Assembly (NCBI GenBank): GCA_963820525.1
Contig: CAWGAA010000003.1
Span: 480,001 to 544,000, forward strand
Reading direction: 5' to 3'
Source of the DNA: an uncultured Spirochaetota bacterium
GTDB taxonomy: Bacteria > Spirochaetota > Spirochaetia > SZUA-6 > Fen-1364
Length of the DNA stretch: 64,000 bases
In this document: positions 49,701 to 60,984 of the stretch, piece after piece
How positions within the stretch are numbered: position 1 is the first letter of the stretch
How the letters are laid out: each line of letters starts with the position of its first letter
Made by a program: the position numbers and the translations under genes
The notes under the pieces: generated by a model
The model's input: the letters and a program-made list of their open reading frames with translations, nothing else
The model's database searches: none
What the model was told of the DNA's origin: nothing

Positions 49701-49857
49701 TCGGATCCCGGCTGTAGTAGGGCTGGTGCTGGTGCCAGATCAGGTTGACGTAGAGGATGTCGCCGGTCCTGGCTGCCTCACGATCGTCCGCGATGAGCGA
49801 GGCCGCGGCAAAACAAAACGCCAGAGCGAGAAACGCCCGAAAGGGGGCGGAGCGCAC
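46795..49857 (-). CDS. Secreted GH57 amylopullulanase with C-terminal glucodextranase/DOMON-like domain
   Basis: WHQHQPYY, PWVRVH, GLWPAEG, ILDGENAWENY, AEGSDWFWW; DPQGDDNGPGTYTYP, NPWG; signal peptide. Confidence 0.92.
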   Translation of the reverse strand: MRSAPFRAFLALAFCFAAASLIADDREAARTGDILYVNLIWHQHQPYYSRDPSGVYSRPWVRVHATKDYYDMAATLERYPAVHATINLTPVLLRQLDDFASGAKDRYQELAEKRADRLTPVEKRFILERFFDANHAHVISRFPRYAELLAKAGAAGSIDAARASFSTEDIRDLQVWFNLAWFDPDALAAQPLAALVEKGRGFAEADKAIVFAEGLKVIRKIVSIHKRLQDRGQIEVITTPYAHPILPLLYSTSLAAKGDPTTALPDWYSFANDAVGQLARSVTEYQARFSRKPSGLWPAEGAVAPEIVKMVADAGFHWMASGEQVLARSLGIGDFTRDASDTVNEADALYRPYVVHSRDGSSVAMVFRDQRLSDLIAFEYSGTPGEEAAADFMRRLENIRARLSAGGKEGPHLVSIILDGENAWENYDNDGKEFLDALYRRLAESETVRTITVSEYLLMYPEQRRLDSLWWGAWFSPDYSTWIGEPEENTAWNYLARVRKDLAEYDLYKRKKADPKSLQRALDFMYLAEGSDWFWWFGDDQDSGNDSYFDDSFRWLLANVYTALGRAPPDFLRAPIIPLSPAPAAKPLDSAVTPVIDGEASVGEWDKAARYELRGGAMARGGDALQTLYLGIDGSFLYVRLDAKEPLSPAPGRAVRVYLQWDPGAPSSPFTVNSSVLGFGSTAYIEISGAGGSWQLSVFGRGRYQEWARLKDLKSVAVDGKIVECAVPLDLLGEVPPGSAVRARAAYSVGTRDAQLLPESGPLRVVLPLAAQAEPFLTVEDPQGDDNGPGTYTYPLDPVFKPGVFDILSFTAAETERDLVFSFTMRTPIDNPWGSAIGLSIQTFDIYIDTDPGKATGSRMLLEGRNAALEQGNGWDYAVWVEGWSQKLFVVDASGKPSEAPGSPAKATVDAPKGIVVISLPKKLFAGRGTPAQWGYAAMVLSQDGFPSPGVRRVRDVKQAAEQWRLGGALPGSNATRIVDLAWSGEPSQAQILSRFQPVAADSLGTAPPEAFAQIPLSHR

Positions 49858-49861
49858 GACT

Positions 49862-50734
49862 CTACTCCTTGACGGATCCGAGGGTAAGCCCCGAGATCAG
49901 CCACTTGGAAGAGTAGAAGAACAGGGCCATGACAGGGATGGAGATCATGATGGCCGCGGCCGAGAACTCCGCCCACTGCGTTTGAAACTGGCCCTGCATT
50001 TGTCGAAGCCCCAGCGTCCAGGTGAGCATCTCCTTTTTCTGGAGCATGATCCTGGCCAGCAGGAACTCGTTCCATGCGCTGGTGAAATTGAAGAGGAAGG
50101 CGATGGCGAGCGAAGGAGCGGAGAGCGGAAGGATGATTCTGTAGAAGGAGCCCATCCGGGAAGCGCCGTCTATCATGGCGGACTGCTCCAGCTCTATGGG
50201 GATGGTGTCGTAGTACCCCTTGAGGATCCAGATGCTGAAGGGGATGGAGCTCACGCTGTACGCGATCACCAGCCCCCGCCACGTGTTGATCAGCCCGAAG
50301 CGGGCGGCCAGGATGTAGAGGGGAATCATGAGCATGGGCGCGGGGATCATCTGGGTGGCAAGGAGCGCGAGCAACCCCATGTTTCGTCCCGGGAAATTCC
50401 ACCGCGAGAAGCCATACGCCGAGGTTGAGGCGACGATCACCCCGATGGCGGAAGTGGTGATGGTGATGAAGAAGCTGTTCCAGATCCACAAAAGAAAATC
50501 CTTGTCCCGGACCACGGTGATGTAGCTCTGGAAGTTCGCTCCCTGGGGCACGAACGAAAGGTCCGTGGACAGGACCCTGTTGCCGGGGCGGATGGAAACG
50601 CTGAAGACGCGCAGCGCGGGATAGATCGATATGATGCAGGCGAAGATGAGCACGATATGGATCACCAGCCGCTTGGCGGGGCTGTCCCCCACGGAGCGGT
50701 GGAAGAATCTGTAGATGAACCTTTTCTTGCTCAT
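49862..50734 (-). CDS. malG: Maltodextrin ABC permease, MalG type
   Basis: KGYYDTIPIELEQSAMIDGAS EAA motif, WNEF, GLTLGSVKE. Confidence 0.88.
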   Translation of the reverse strand: MSKKRFIYRFFHRSVGDSPAKRLVIHIVLIFACIISIYPALRVFSVSIRPGNRVLSTDLSFVPQGANFQSYITVVRDKDFLLWIWNSFFITITTSAIGVIVASTSAYGFSRWNFPGRNMGLLALLATQMIPAPMLMIPLYILAARFGLINTWRGLVIAYSVSSIPFSIWILKGYYDTIPIELEQSAMIDGASRMGSFYRIILPLSAPSLAIAFLFNFTSAWNEFLLARIMLQKKEMLTWTLGLRQMQGQFQTQWAEFSAAAIMISIPVMALFFYSSKWLISGLTLGSVKE

Positions 50735-51798
50735 GCCTTCTCTCCCACGGTAAGCGTCTCCTTGGCCTTGCGCGAGGCGAGAGCGCTCGGGCTGAAAGAG
50801 ACGACGCGCATGTACGCGATCGTGATGCCCAGGAGAATGAGAAATATCACCAGGGCGAACATGGCGGAGAATCCATAGCGGTTGAAGTCGAACGCTGCCC
50901 GGAAGAGGGCCGTCACCAGGATGTCCGAGGTTTCAAGGTTGTTCTCATTGATGAAGTAGGGCACGTTGAAATTGTTGAAGGTCCAGATCACGCCCAGCAC
51001 CACAGCCGGGGTGAGGATGGGCTGGATGAGGGGCAGGGTGATGGAACGCAGCTTCCTCATTCCGCTGGCCCCGTCCATGTCGGCCGCCTCGAAGTAGCTC
51101 CTGCTCAGGCTCTGAAGGCCTCCGAGCAGGATCACCGCCATGAAGGGAATGCCCAGCCAGATGTTCGTGATGTTCATGGCGACGAAGTTCCAGAATGGGT
51201 TGGATTTCCACTGGATGGCTTGAAGGCCGAGACGCGTCAACATGACATTCGGGAAACCATATTCGAAGTTGAACTCCCCGCGCCATGCCAGGGAAGCCAC
51301 GACCTGCGGCAGGGCCCACGGCACAACGAGAAGCGTCCTGTAAAGCCCCCGGAGCTTCATGGGACGGTTGAGCAATATGGCCAGGAAGAGCCCCAACCCG
51401 ACGTGGAAGCTGACCTGGATGGCAGTCCATAGGGCGGTGCGAAGGAACACCGGGAAGAAGAACTGCTGCTTGAGCACCGGCGCGGTGAAAACGCTTTTCA
51501 GATTTTCCCACCCGTTGGCCAGAGTGTAGGCGGGGTTTCTGAACCTGAGGAGGTTCATGTTGCTGAACGAGAGTCCAACCTCGAAAGCGATGGGGTACAC
51601 GTTGAGCAGGATCAGGCCGATGACGCCGGGAGCGATGAGCATGAACGGTATGGCGTAGCGGTAGTGGAGGACCTTCTTCAGCACGATGAAGAGGAGAACC
51701 TCGATGACGACCACCGCCGCCGCGATGGCGGCCAGGATGCCGCCCACCTGCCCGAGGCTGGCCAGCATGACCGCCGGAGTGAGGGACTTCATGGGCAT
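50731..51798 (-). CDS. malF: Maltodextrin ABC permease, MalF type
   Basis: WLGIPFM, FEAADMDGAS, FNNFN, SDILVT. Confidence 0.88.
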   Translation of the reverse strand: MPMKSLTPAVMLASLGQVGGILAAIAAAVVVIEVLLFIVLKKVLHYRYAIPFMLIAPGVIGLILLNVYPIAFEVGLSFSNMNLLRFRNPAYTLANGWENLKSVFTAPVLKQQFFFPVFLRTALWTAIQVSFHVGLGLFLAILLNRPMKLRGLYRTLLVVPWALPQVVASLAWRGEFNFEYGFPNVMLTRLGLQAIQWKSNPFWNFVAMNITNIWLGIPFMAVILLGGLQSLSRSYFEAADMDGASGMRKLRSITLPLIQPILTPAVVLGVIWTFNNFNVPYFINENNLETSDILVTALFRAAFDFNRYGFSAMFALVIFLILLGITIAYMRVVSFSPSALASRKAKETLTVGEKA

Positions 51799-51877
51799 GA
51801 CCTCCCTGCAATGAAAGGATGGGCTTCGGGAGAGTATACCACGAAGCCCATCACATGCGTCAGAATCGAGCGAGCCG

Positions 51878-53089
51878 CTACTTCAGGGTCTTGATGCAGG
51901 CTACGGCCGCGGCCTGCATGGCCTTGGCCGCGTCGGCCGCGCTCTTGGTGCCGGAGAACACAGCGTTCATCTCCGGCTTCATCGCGTCCCAGTTGCAGCG
52001 CATCTCGATGACCGAGGGCATGGGCGTGCCCAGGGCCATCTGCTCCGCGGAGCCCTTGAGGATCGGGTCGTTCTTGACCAACGGGTCGCTCAGCGCCGCG
52101 CGAAGGGCCGGCAGGCGGGTCAGCGTCTGGACCATGTCGATCTGGTTCTCGTAGTCGGTGTAGAACGAGATGAAGGCGATGTCCGCCTTCAAAGTGTCGC
52201 CGCTCACCGACTTGGGGATCATGAAGTACTTGCCGCTCGTGTAGGGGGCGGGCCACATCTTCGTGGCGCTCACCTGGGGAAGGGGCGCGACGCCCAGCTT
52301 GTCTCCCAAGAGCTTCCTATAGTCTCCCAGCGACCAGTCTCCGTTCACCAGCATGGCGGCCTTGCCCTCCTTGAAGAGGGTGTCGGCCGTGGCGTAGTCC
52401 GCCTCCTTGGGGGTGATTGCGTACTTGGCCTTCAGGTCGTAGAGGAATTGAAGCGCGCCAACCATCGCCTTTGTGTTCAGCGTGGGGGTCCTTCCGTCCT
52501 TGGCGAACACCTGTCCGCCGAATCCGCCGAGCCATGGCACCAGCCAGAACGGCTCGGTCTGGTTCCACACAATAGCGTAGTTGCCGTTCTTGGAGAGGGC
52601 CGGGCCCATTTTGATCAGCGCGTCGGTGTTCGCGGGGGGAGTCTTCACCAGGTCCTTGTTGTAGAGCAGCATGAGGTGGTTGCCGCTGGAGACGGGCACG
52701 CCCCATGTTTTGCCGCCGATGACCACGGAAGGAACGTACAGCTTGAGGTTGACGAGGGAGTCGACGGGCTGGATGACGTCCGCGACGCTGAACGGACCCG
52801 CGTGGTCGTTGACGGTAAGGAGAAGGTCGGGCGCCTGGCCCGCGAGGCTGGCGGCGAGGAAGTCCTGCCTGAGCGCCTCGGTCTCCTTGTTGAGAACGTC
52901 GAAGGTCACGTTCGGGTACTGGGCCGTGAAGGCGTCCGCGAGCTTCTTCACGAACTGAAACGCCCCTTCGGACTCGCCTTCCTGGGTCCAGAGCGCGATC
53001 TTCACATCTCCCGTCGGCACGACGGGGGCCGCGCCGAGCGCGCCCGCCGCGAGCGCGAAGGCCAAAAGAACACAAACCCATTTCTTCAT
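51878..53089 (-). CDS. malE: Malto/cyclodextrin-binding protein
   Basis: Signal peptide; PDL, LYNKDLV, FKEGKAAMLVNGDW, PMPSVIEMRCNW. Confidence 0.85.
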   Translation of the reverse strand: MKKWVCVLLAFALAAGALGAAPVVPTGDVKIALWTQEGESEGAFQFVKKLADAFTAQYPNVTFDVLNKETEALRQDFLAASLAGQAPDLLLTVNDHAGPFSVADVIQPVDSLVNLKLYVPSVVIGGKTWGVPVSSGNHLMLLYNKDLVKTPPANTDALIKMGPALSKNGNYAIVWNQTEPFWLVPWLGGFGGQVFAKDGRTPTLNTKAMVGALQFLYDLKAKYAITPKEADYATADTLFKEGKAAMLVNGDWSLGDYRKLLGDKLGVAPLPQVSATKMWPAPYTSGKYFMIPKSVSGDTLKADIAFISFYTDYENQIDMVQTLTRLPALRAALSDPLVKNDPILKGSAEQMALGTPMPSVIEMRCNWDAMKPEMNAVFSGTKSAADAAKAMQAAAVACIKTLK

Positions 53090-53345
53090 TCGACACCTCC
53101 CTTACCGCCGCCGGGGCAGCCGCACACCCGGGGACGACCGCGCGGCCTCGATGAGCTTCCCTGTCCCATACCCTCCCCTTGGACGGCGGGAGGCGGGAAG
53201 CGAAGCCGATGCGGGCCGCTATGAAACGACGTGTGAGCCCGGCATACCGCCGGTTGAGTTCGTAAAGTTAGGGAAGCCTCGGGAAGGAGCGCTCGAGCGG
53301 CGCCCGCGGGAATGTCTTCGGGAGGCTTGCATTTTCCGTCCGAAG

Positions 53346-53402
53346 AATGTAACATTATGCAACCAGTTGTGCAAATAATACCAGAACGGCGGGAGTTGTC
53401 AA
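53346..53402 (-). promoter_or_regulatory. malE operon promoter with candidate LacI-type operator
   Basis: Minus strand TTGACA (53402-53397), N16, TGG-TATTAT (-10 at 53380-53375); TGCAACCAGTTGTG (53358-53371) overlaps the expected start; AATGTAACATT dyad at 53346-53356. Confidence 0.6.
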
Positions 53403-53424
53403 GCTGAATTTCGGGGAGGGGGGG

Positions 53425-54452
53425 ATGAGCCGCAAGAAGCGGGTGACCATCTACGACATCGCGCGGCGCGCCGGAGTCACGACCGCCACGGTTTCCCGGG
53501 TCATCAACGGAAAGCCCAGGATCTCCTCCCAGACGCGGGAGCGGGTCATGGCCATCATAAAGGAAGAACGCTATTTCCCCTCCGCGGCCGCTTCCGCGCT
53601 CAGGAGAAAATCATCCAAGGAGATCGGCATCCTCTCCCCTTTCTTCATCGGGGACTTCTTCCTGAAGATCTTCGAGAGCCTCCACAGACGGATGAAGGGC
53701 TACGACCTGATCCTCTACAATGCCCAGACCGCCGCGCATCGCCACGAGGTAATCCAGAGGATCGCCGCGGAGGAAAAGCTCTGCGGCCTGCTGGTGGTGA
53801 GCACGCCGATCCTGCTGGAGGAGGAGATCATCATCTCGGCGATGCGCATCCCCGTCGTCCTGGTGGAAGCCCGCCATCCCCTGTACAGCTCGGTGGACTA
53901 CGATCACCAGATCGGAGCCTTCAAGGCCGTGAGCCACCTCGTGGAGCTCGGCCACAGGCACATCGCCATGATCGGCGGAAAGCCCGAGCCGAGGCTGTAC
54001 TGGCCCATCGGAAAGGAGCGCCTCAAAGGCTATCACATGGCGCTGAAGGTGGCGGGAATCCGGGAGCGGCAGGACTATATCCTGCACGGGGAGTGGACCA
54101 GCGCGGACGCCCACGACGGCGCCATGCGGCTGCTCAAGCGAAAGGACCGCCCCACGGCAATATTCGCGACCTCGGATGTGCAGGCGGCGGGAGTCCTCAC
54201 GGCTGCGCGGGAGCTGGGCATCAGAGTGCCCGAGGAGCTTTCCGTGGTTGGATACGACAACATGCCTTTCAGCGAATACCTTTCGCTCACCACGATGTGG
54301 CAGCAGCACGACGCGCTGGCGCGCAATGCCGTGAACCTCCTGCTGGAGGAGCTGGAGACCGGGGTGCGCACCGGCGAGCGCATTGTGCTTCAGCCCGAGC
54401 TCATCGTGCGCTCGTCGACCATGCCGCCGAAGCCGCGGTCGGTGAAGCGCTC

Positions 54453-54456
<4 letters not shown>
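53425..54456 (+). CDS. LacI-family regulator
   Basis: TIYDIARRAGVTTATVSRVIN HTH; PTAIFA, VPEELSVVGYD. Confidence 0.95.
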
Positions 54457-56009
<1,553 letters not shown>

Positions 56010-56199
56010 CACGGCCCGGGGAGCGGACCCAAGGCCGCGCTCACGGCCGCGGCTAGAAACTCTCGCCGCCCAAGAGCCGGGCCGCCGCCCGGCTGCGGTT
56101 GAGGCTCGCGCTGTCCAAATGCCGGGCCCGCCGGGCCGCGCAGTCTTGCGCGCAAGCTTGAATCCAGAATATCCTGTGTCAATGAAGGGTACCCTGAAC

Positions 56200-56829
56200 A
56201 TGGTTGACTACCTGCTTCATTTCTACAGAATCGGCGCCGATCCCTTCCGCAGCCTGTCGTCTCTGTCAGATGAGAATGCGATAGAACGGATGAGAGAGCT
56301 CTATATCGAGGGATCGATCTTCTGGGAAAGATTCAAGGATCCCCATGATTACCTTCAGTTCCGCAAGGGCATCGAGAGCTGGATGTACCGGGAGTTCAAG
56401 GCAAAGGGGGGCGACCCGAAAGAAACCTATCCCATCTACCTTGTCCTGGGAAGGCCGAAGTGGACGGTGCAGGCTGTGGATTCCGTGACGCTCGCCACAA
56501 CCAACGAGGTCCAGGTTCCGCTTTCCATCTTCACGGAACGCGACATAAGCTTCACCTATCCCGATAGCATGGTGAGCACGTTCCTGGCCAATGACAAACC
56601 TGCCGAGTATTACCTGCCCGACTATCATGGCAAGATTTTCACGCTTTCCGAGATACGCTCCATTGTCGAGCGCAACGGACTTCCCGGTGAGGGCTGGGAC
56701 GCGAACCTCCCAAGCAGGCTCGCCAACTACATCGAAGCGCAGGTGTGGAATCACAAGCTTCTCCGGGATTATTTCCAGCTCACGAAGCCGGCTCAACCGC
56801 CGGCGCCTCAATCCATGGATGCATCATGA
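56200..56829 (+). CDS. Hypothetical protein, possible ADP-ribosyltransferase-like fold
   Basis: HFY..PFRSLS, PIYLVLG, SFTYPDSM, YIEAQVW; stop overlaps the next ATG. Confidence 0.6.
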   Translation: MVDYLLHFYRIGADPFRSLSSLSDENAIERMRELYIEGSIFWERFKDPHDYLQFRKGIESWMYREFKAKGGDPKETYPIYLVLGRPKWTVQAVDSVTLATTNEVQVPLSIFTERDISFTYPDSMVSTFLANDKPAEYYLPDYHGKIFTLSEIRSIVERNGLPGEGWDANLPSRLANYIEAQVWNHKLLRDYFQLTKPAQPPAPQSMDAS

Positions 56830-57776
56830 CAATAACGAGCCCTACTCTCGACGACGTCCGCCAGGCCGCCCGGCGAATCCGCCCTCACGCTCATCGCACC
56901 CCCGTTCTCACCTGCGCCAGCCTCGACGCCCAGGTGGGCGCGCGCCTGTTCCTGAAATGCGAGAACCTCCAGAAAGTGGGAGCGTTCAAATTCCGCGGCG
57001 CCTGCAATGCCGTCTTCGCGCTTTCGGATGACGAGGCGGCGCGCGGCGTCTCGACCCACTCCTCCGGCAATCATGCCCAGGCGCTCGCGCTGGCGGCGCG
57101 GCTCCGGGGCATCCCGGCCTACATCGTCATGCCAGACAACGCTCCCGTTGTGAAGAAAGCGGCGGTCGCCGGCTACGGCGGACGGATCACCTTTTGCGCG
57201 CCCACCCTCGAAGCCCGGGAAAGCACGCTTGTCCGGGTGGTGGCCGAGACCGGCGCCGCGGTAGTCCATCCCTACAACAACTTTTTTGTCATCGCGGGGC
57301 AGGGCACGGCCGCGCTCGAGCTCCTGGAGGATGTGCCGGACCTGGATATCGTCATGGCGCCCGTGGGCGGCGGCGGGCTTTTGAGCGGGACCGCGATCGC
57401 GGTCACCGAAATGAATCCCCGCATCCGCGTCGTTGCGGCAGAGCCCGAGCAGGCGGACGACGCCTGCCGCTCCCTGCAAGCGGGACGCATCATTGCGTCG
57501 GTGAATCCCCGCACTGTCGCGGACGGGCTTTTGACGTCGCTTGGCGACCTTACGTTCCCCATCATCCAGAAGCGGGTGGAGCGGATCGTAACCGCGAGCG
57601 AAGCGGCAATAGTAGCTGCAATGAAATACGTCTGGGAGAGGGCGAAAATTGTCATCGAGCCGTCCGCGGCCGTGCCCATCGGCGCGCTGATGGAGCGGAG
57701 GATTGACGCAGCCGGCCTGCGGGTGGGCGTCATCCTGTCCGGCGGCAACGTGGATCTGAACAGGCTGCCGTGGTGA
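56826..57776 (+). CDS. Serine/threonine dehydratase or serine racemase-like PLP enzyme, no regulatory domain
   Basis: KCENLQKVGAFKFRGA, SSGNHAQ, GQGT, VGGGGLLSG, SGGNVD. Confidence 0.9.
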   Translation: MTITSPTLDDVRQAARRIRPHAHRTPVLTCASLDAQVGARLFLKCENLQKVGAFKFRGACNAVFALSDDEAARGVSTHSSGNHAQALALAARLRGIPAYIVMPDNAPVVKKAAVAGYGGRITFCAPTLEARESTLVRVVAETGAAVVHPYNNFFVIAGQGTAALELLEDVPDLDIVMAPVGGGGLLSGTAIAVTEMNPRIRVVAAEPEQADDACRSLQAGRIIASVNPRTVADGLLTSLGDLTFPIIQKRVERIVTASEAAIVAAMKYVWERAKIVIEPSAAVPIGALMERRIDAAGLRVGVILSGGNVDLNRLPW

Positions 57777-59107
57777 AGCAGAAGATCCTTTTCCGCTGCA
57801 AGTCCTGCGGGCACCAGGAATCCAAGTGGCTGGGCCGCTGCCCGTCCTGCGGCGCGTGGAACAGCTTCACGGAGACGGCCGCGGAGGCCTCGCCGGCGCC
57901 CCGGGATGGGAAGCTTCCCATCCCGCTTCCCGCCATCGAGAACAGGGACGGAATGCGCATGGACTCCGGGATCGCGGAGCTCAACCGGGTCCTGGGCGGG
58001 GGCGTGATGCGGGGTTCCTCCGTGCTCGTGGGGGGAGAGCCGGGCATCGGGAAGTCCACCCTCATGCTTCAGGCCGCGGCGCGGCTCGTTTCACCGGGAA
58101 GGGTGGTTTACGTGTCGGGCGAGGAGTCTCCGGGACAGCTTCGCATGAGGGCGGACCGCGTCGGGGCGGTCTCCCCGCGCATCGAAGTGCTGGCGGAAAC
58201 CGAGCTCACGGCCGTGATGCAGGCCCTGGAGCAGGCCAAGCCTGTCCTGGTCATCGTGGATTCCATCCAGACCCTCTACAGCCGCGAGGTGAACGCGCTT
58301 CCCGGCACCGTCAACCAGATCAAGACGTGCACCCAGGAGATGGTGGACTGGGCAAAGGACCGGGGAGCGGCGCTCTTCCTCGTGGCTCACGTCACCAAGG
58401 AAGGCATAATCGCGGGTCCCAAGCTCGTGGAGCATCTCGTTGACACCGTGGTATCCTTCGAGCAGGCAAGCGCCGAGGTGCGGACGCTCCAGGCAGTGAA
58501 GAACCGCTTCGGAAGCGTGGATGAGATCGGCTTTTTCAGCATGACGGAGACGGGCCTTGCGGAGATCGAGGACTCGGCGAGCCTTTTTCTCAGCCACCGC
58601 TCGGGGGACCAGCCCGCCGGCGTGGCCGTGGCGCCCGTATTCGAAGGCTCCCGCGTGCTTCTGGTCGAGATCCAGAGCCTCGTGGTCCCGGCCAAGAGCG
58701 GGATTTCACGGATCTACTCCGATAGGATCGACTCCGGCCGTGTGGCGCGCGTGGCCGCCGTGCTGGAAAAGCACCTCGGAGTCAGGCTCTCGGATCTCGA
58801 TATCTACGTGAACGTCGCGGGCGGCATCCGCATCGGCGAAGTGGGCGTGGAGCTGCCCATTGCCCTGGCCCTGTATTCGGCCCATACGGGAAGGCCGCTC
58901 CCCGCGGGCATGGCGGTGGTGGGAGAGGTGAGCCTGGCCGGGGAAGTGAGGCCCGTCAGCGGCCTGGAGAAACGCCTGCGGGCGGCCGAGGAGATGGGAT
59001 TCTCGATAGTGATGGGTCCCGCGCCGCGCGGCCGGGAGCGTTCGCCGGGCAAGGGGCTTCGGGAGGTTTCCGAGATCAAGGGCGCCGTCGCATCGGCGTT
59101 CGGATAG
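57773..59107 (+). CDS. radA: DNA repair protein RadA/Sms
   Basis: CxxC...WLGRCPSC zinc finger, GEPGIGKST, KNRFG, Lon-like C-terminus. Confidence 0.96.
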   Translation: MKQKILFRCKSCGHQESKWLGRCPSCGAWNSFTETAAEASPAPRDGKLPIPLPAIENRDGMRMDSGIAELNRVLGGGVMRGSSVLVGGEPGIGKSTLMLQAAARLVSPGRVVYVSGEESPGQLRMRADRVGAVSPRIEVLAETELTAVMQALEQAKPVLVIVDSIQTLYSREVNALPGTVNQIKTCTQEMVDWAKDRGAALFLVAHVTKEGIIAGPKLVEHLVDTVVSFEQASAEVRTLQAVKNRFGSVDEIGFFSMTETGLAEIEDSASLFLSHRSGDQPAGVAVAPVFEGSRVLLVEIQSLVVPAKSGISRIYSDRIDSGRVARVAAVLEKHLGVRLSDLDIYVNVAGGIRIGEVGVELPIALALYSAHTGRPLPAGMAVVGEVSLAGEVRPVSGLEKRLRAAEEMGFSIVMGPAPRGRERSPGKGLREVSEIKGAVASAFG

Positions 59108-59190
59108 GGCGGCCTGTGCCTTGGGGCCGCCCGGCCTGGGGCGCCGGAAGCGGCCTGCCCTCTCGGCGCGACCCCGGCCGCCGGCTCCAC

Positions 59191-60888
59191 CTATATCTTT
59201 TTCACCAGCCCATCCAGTTGCTCGATGATCGTATCGTTGTTCTGGACCACGGAATTGAACGAACTGGAAAGCGTGTTGATGTTGCCGCATTGGGCAACCT
59301 GGTCCTGCGTCAGTCCCGAGACGTTGTCGGCCTGCTTCTTCAGTTGATTGACGGAAGCGACCAGCCCCGTGCTTCCCTCAGACTGCCTGATCGACGCATC
59401 CTTCACCTGCCCCGTTATGTTCTCCAGGCTGGAAAGGCTCTTGATGATCTCGTTGACGGTCCGAAGCTCCTCCTCCATGGCGTTCTGGATCGTGGAGTTG
59501 ATCCCCTTGGTCTGGTCAGCATCGCTTAAGATGCTCTGGAGCTTTTCGTTGGCCTGCTGGGCAAGCGCCGTGATGTTCTGGATCCGGGTGAGGATGTCCT
59601 TGAGGATGTCCCCGATCTGCTTCGCATTGGAGCCGGAAGTCTCGGCGAGGCGGCGGATCTCGTCCGCCACGACGGCAAAGCCCCTCCCCGCTTCACCGGC
59701 ATGGGCCGCTTCTATGGCGGCGTTCATGGAAAGCAGGTTCGTCGTGGCGGCGATCCCCGTGATCAGGCCGACGATCTCCTCGATCTGCCTGCTGGACTTC
59801 TCCGTCTCGATGATTGCATTGTAAACCTCGCTCACGGCTCCTCCGCCGTCCTTGGCGGCGCTGAAGAGATTCTGGGCAACGGCGCTCGCCTTCTGGGAGG
59901 TGTCGGTGATCGTTCGGATCGAGCTCTCCATCTCCGCGATCGCCGCCGCCGTCTCTCCCACCAGGAAAGACTGCTCCTTGATGTTGCCGGTGACCGCCTC
60001 GATGGAGCGGATCATGTCCGTCACGGTCTTGGAGGTCGCCTCGATGATGCCGTACTCGGCGCTGGTTTCGTCCCCGATCTTCCGGGATGAGCCGACCATC
60101 TCCCCGATCCGCTCGGAGAACTCCTTGTAGGTCTTGGAGAGCGCCTTGCCCGATGAAAGGAGGTTTTCTGACACCTGCTTCACGTTGTCGACGAACACCT
60201 CCTTGAGCCTCTCCCTCTCGATGGAGGTTTCTATCTGGTCCTTCACCGTCCTGTTGAACCGCCGCGCGAGGGAGGAGAGCAGGATTGCGGTGAGCAGGAA
60301 TGCCACGGGCTTGATGATCTCGTCGTCCCAGTCCAGGCGGACAATTTGCGAAAATGCGTTGGTGAAGAACTTTCCGTCGTCCTGGAAGATCATCAGGATG
60401 CTCAGGGAACGAAAGGAAAGCGCGAGGTACGAGATGGCTGCATAGATGCCCATGAAGAGCACGGAGGAGGAGGAGTTTCGAAACGCGCACAGGGCAAGGA
60501 ACACGAAATAGAGAAAGGTGGGCGCGCCGGTGATGATGAGAGAGACACCAGGGTAGGTCGCGTTGGCGAACATGATGATGTTGAGAAGGGTGACCTCGAT
60601 GAACGGGGACAGGTATTTGATCGAGTTGAAATACCTGTCCCTCTTGAGCTGGCGGAGGATCCACAGGGTATAGATGAGGGCCGCCACCAGGCAGAGGAGC
60701 TCTATGGAGAACGTGGCGTCGCCCATCGCCTTCACAACCCCCGCCTCGGCGGCCTTTTTCAGGAATACCAGCAGGATGAAGAGGCTGAGGGGCACCATCA
60801 GGATCAGACGCGTGATCGCGATGAGCCTTTCTCCCTGCATCCGGGCACGCAGTATCGACTCTTGCGCCATCCGTGAGATTTCTTGCAT
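59191..60888 (-). CDS. Methyl-accepting chemotaxis protein with multi-TM N-terminal sensor
   Basis: TNLLSMNAAIEAAHAGEAGRGFAVVADEIRRLAE; about 6 TM segments; start ATG 60888 (AAGGAG RBS). Confidence 0.92.
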   Translation of the reverse strand: MQEISRMAQESILRARMQGERLIAITRLILMVPLSLFILLVFLKKAAEAGVVKAMGDATFSIELLCLVAALIYTLWILRQLKRDRYFNSIKYLSPFIEVTLLNIIMFANATYPGVSLIITGAPTFLYFVFLALCAFRNSSSSVLFMGIYAAISYLALSFRSLSILMIFQDDGKFFTNAFSQIVRLDWDDEIIKPVAFLLTAILLSSLARRFNRTVKDQIETSIERERLKEVFVDNVKQVSENLLSSGKALSKTYKEFSERIGEMVGSSRKIGDETSAEYGIIEATSKTVTDMIRSIEAVTGNIKEQSFLVGETAAAIAEMESSIRTITDTSQKASAVAQNLFSAAKDGGGAVSEVYNAIIETEKSSRQIEEIVGLITGIAATTNLLSMNAAIEAAHAGEAGRGFAVVADEIRRLAETSGSNAKQIGDILKDILTRIQNITALAQQANEKLQSILSDADQTKGINSTIQNAMEEELRTVNEIIKSLSSLENITGQVKDASIRQSEGSTGLVASVNQLKKQADNVSGLTQDQVAQCGNINTLSSSFNSVVQNNDTIIEQLDGLVKKI

Positions 60889-60984
60889 GTGCCGCACTCC
60901 TTCTTGACATTCAATTATAGACGGATAGCGGCATGAAAGAAAGGTTGGCGGAGGCCGTTTTTTTTACGAAGCCGATGAACCGCG

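Noticed and set aside
53086..53169. 27-aa uORF whose stop overlaps the malE start
   Set aside because: SD spacing is poor and malE has its own GGAGG; likely chance.
54093..54452. N-terminal extension of malQ
   Set aside because: Overlaps the LacI CDS; malQ motifs begin just after GTG 54453.
60944..60966. Intrinsic terminator (GGCGGAGGCC plus T-run)
   Set aside because: Stem is only about 3 bp and no plus-strand gene ends here.
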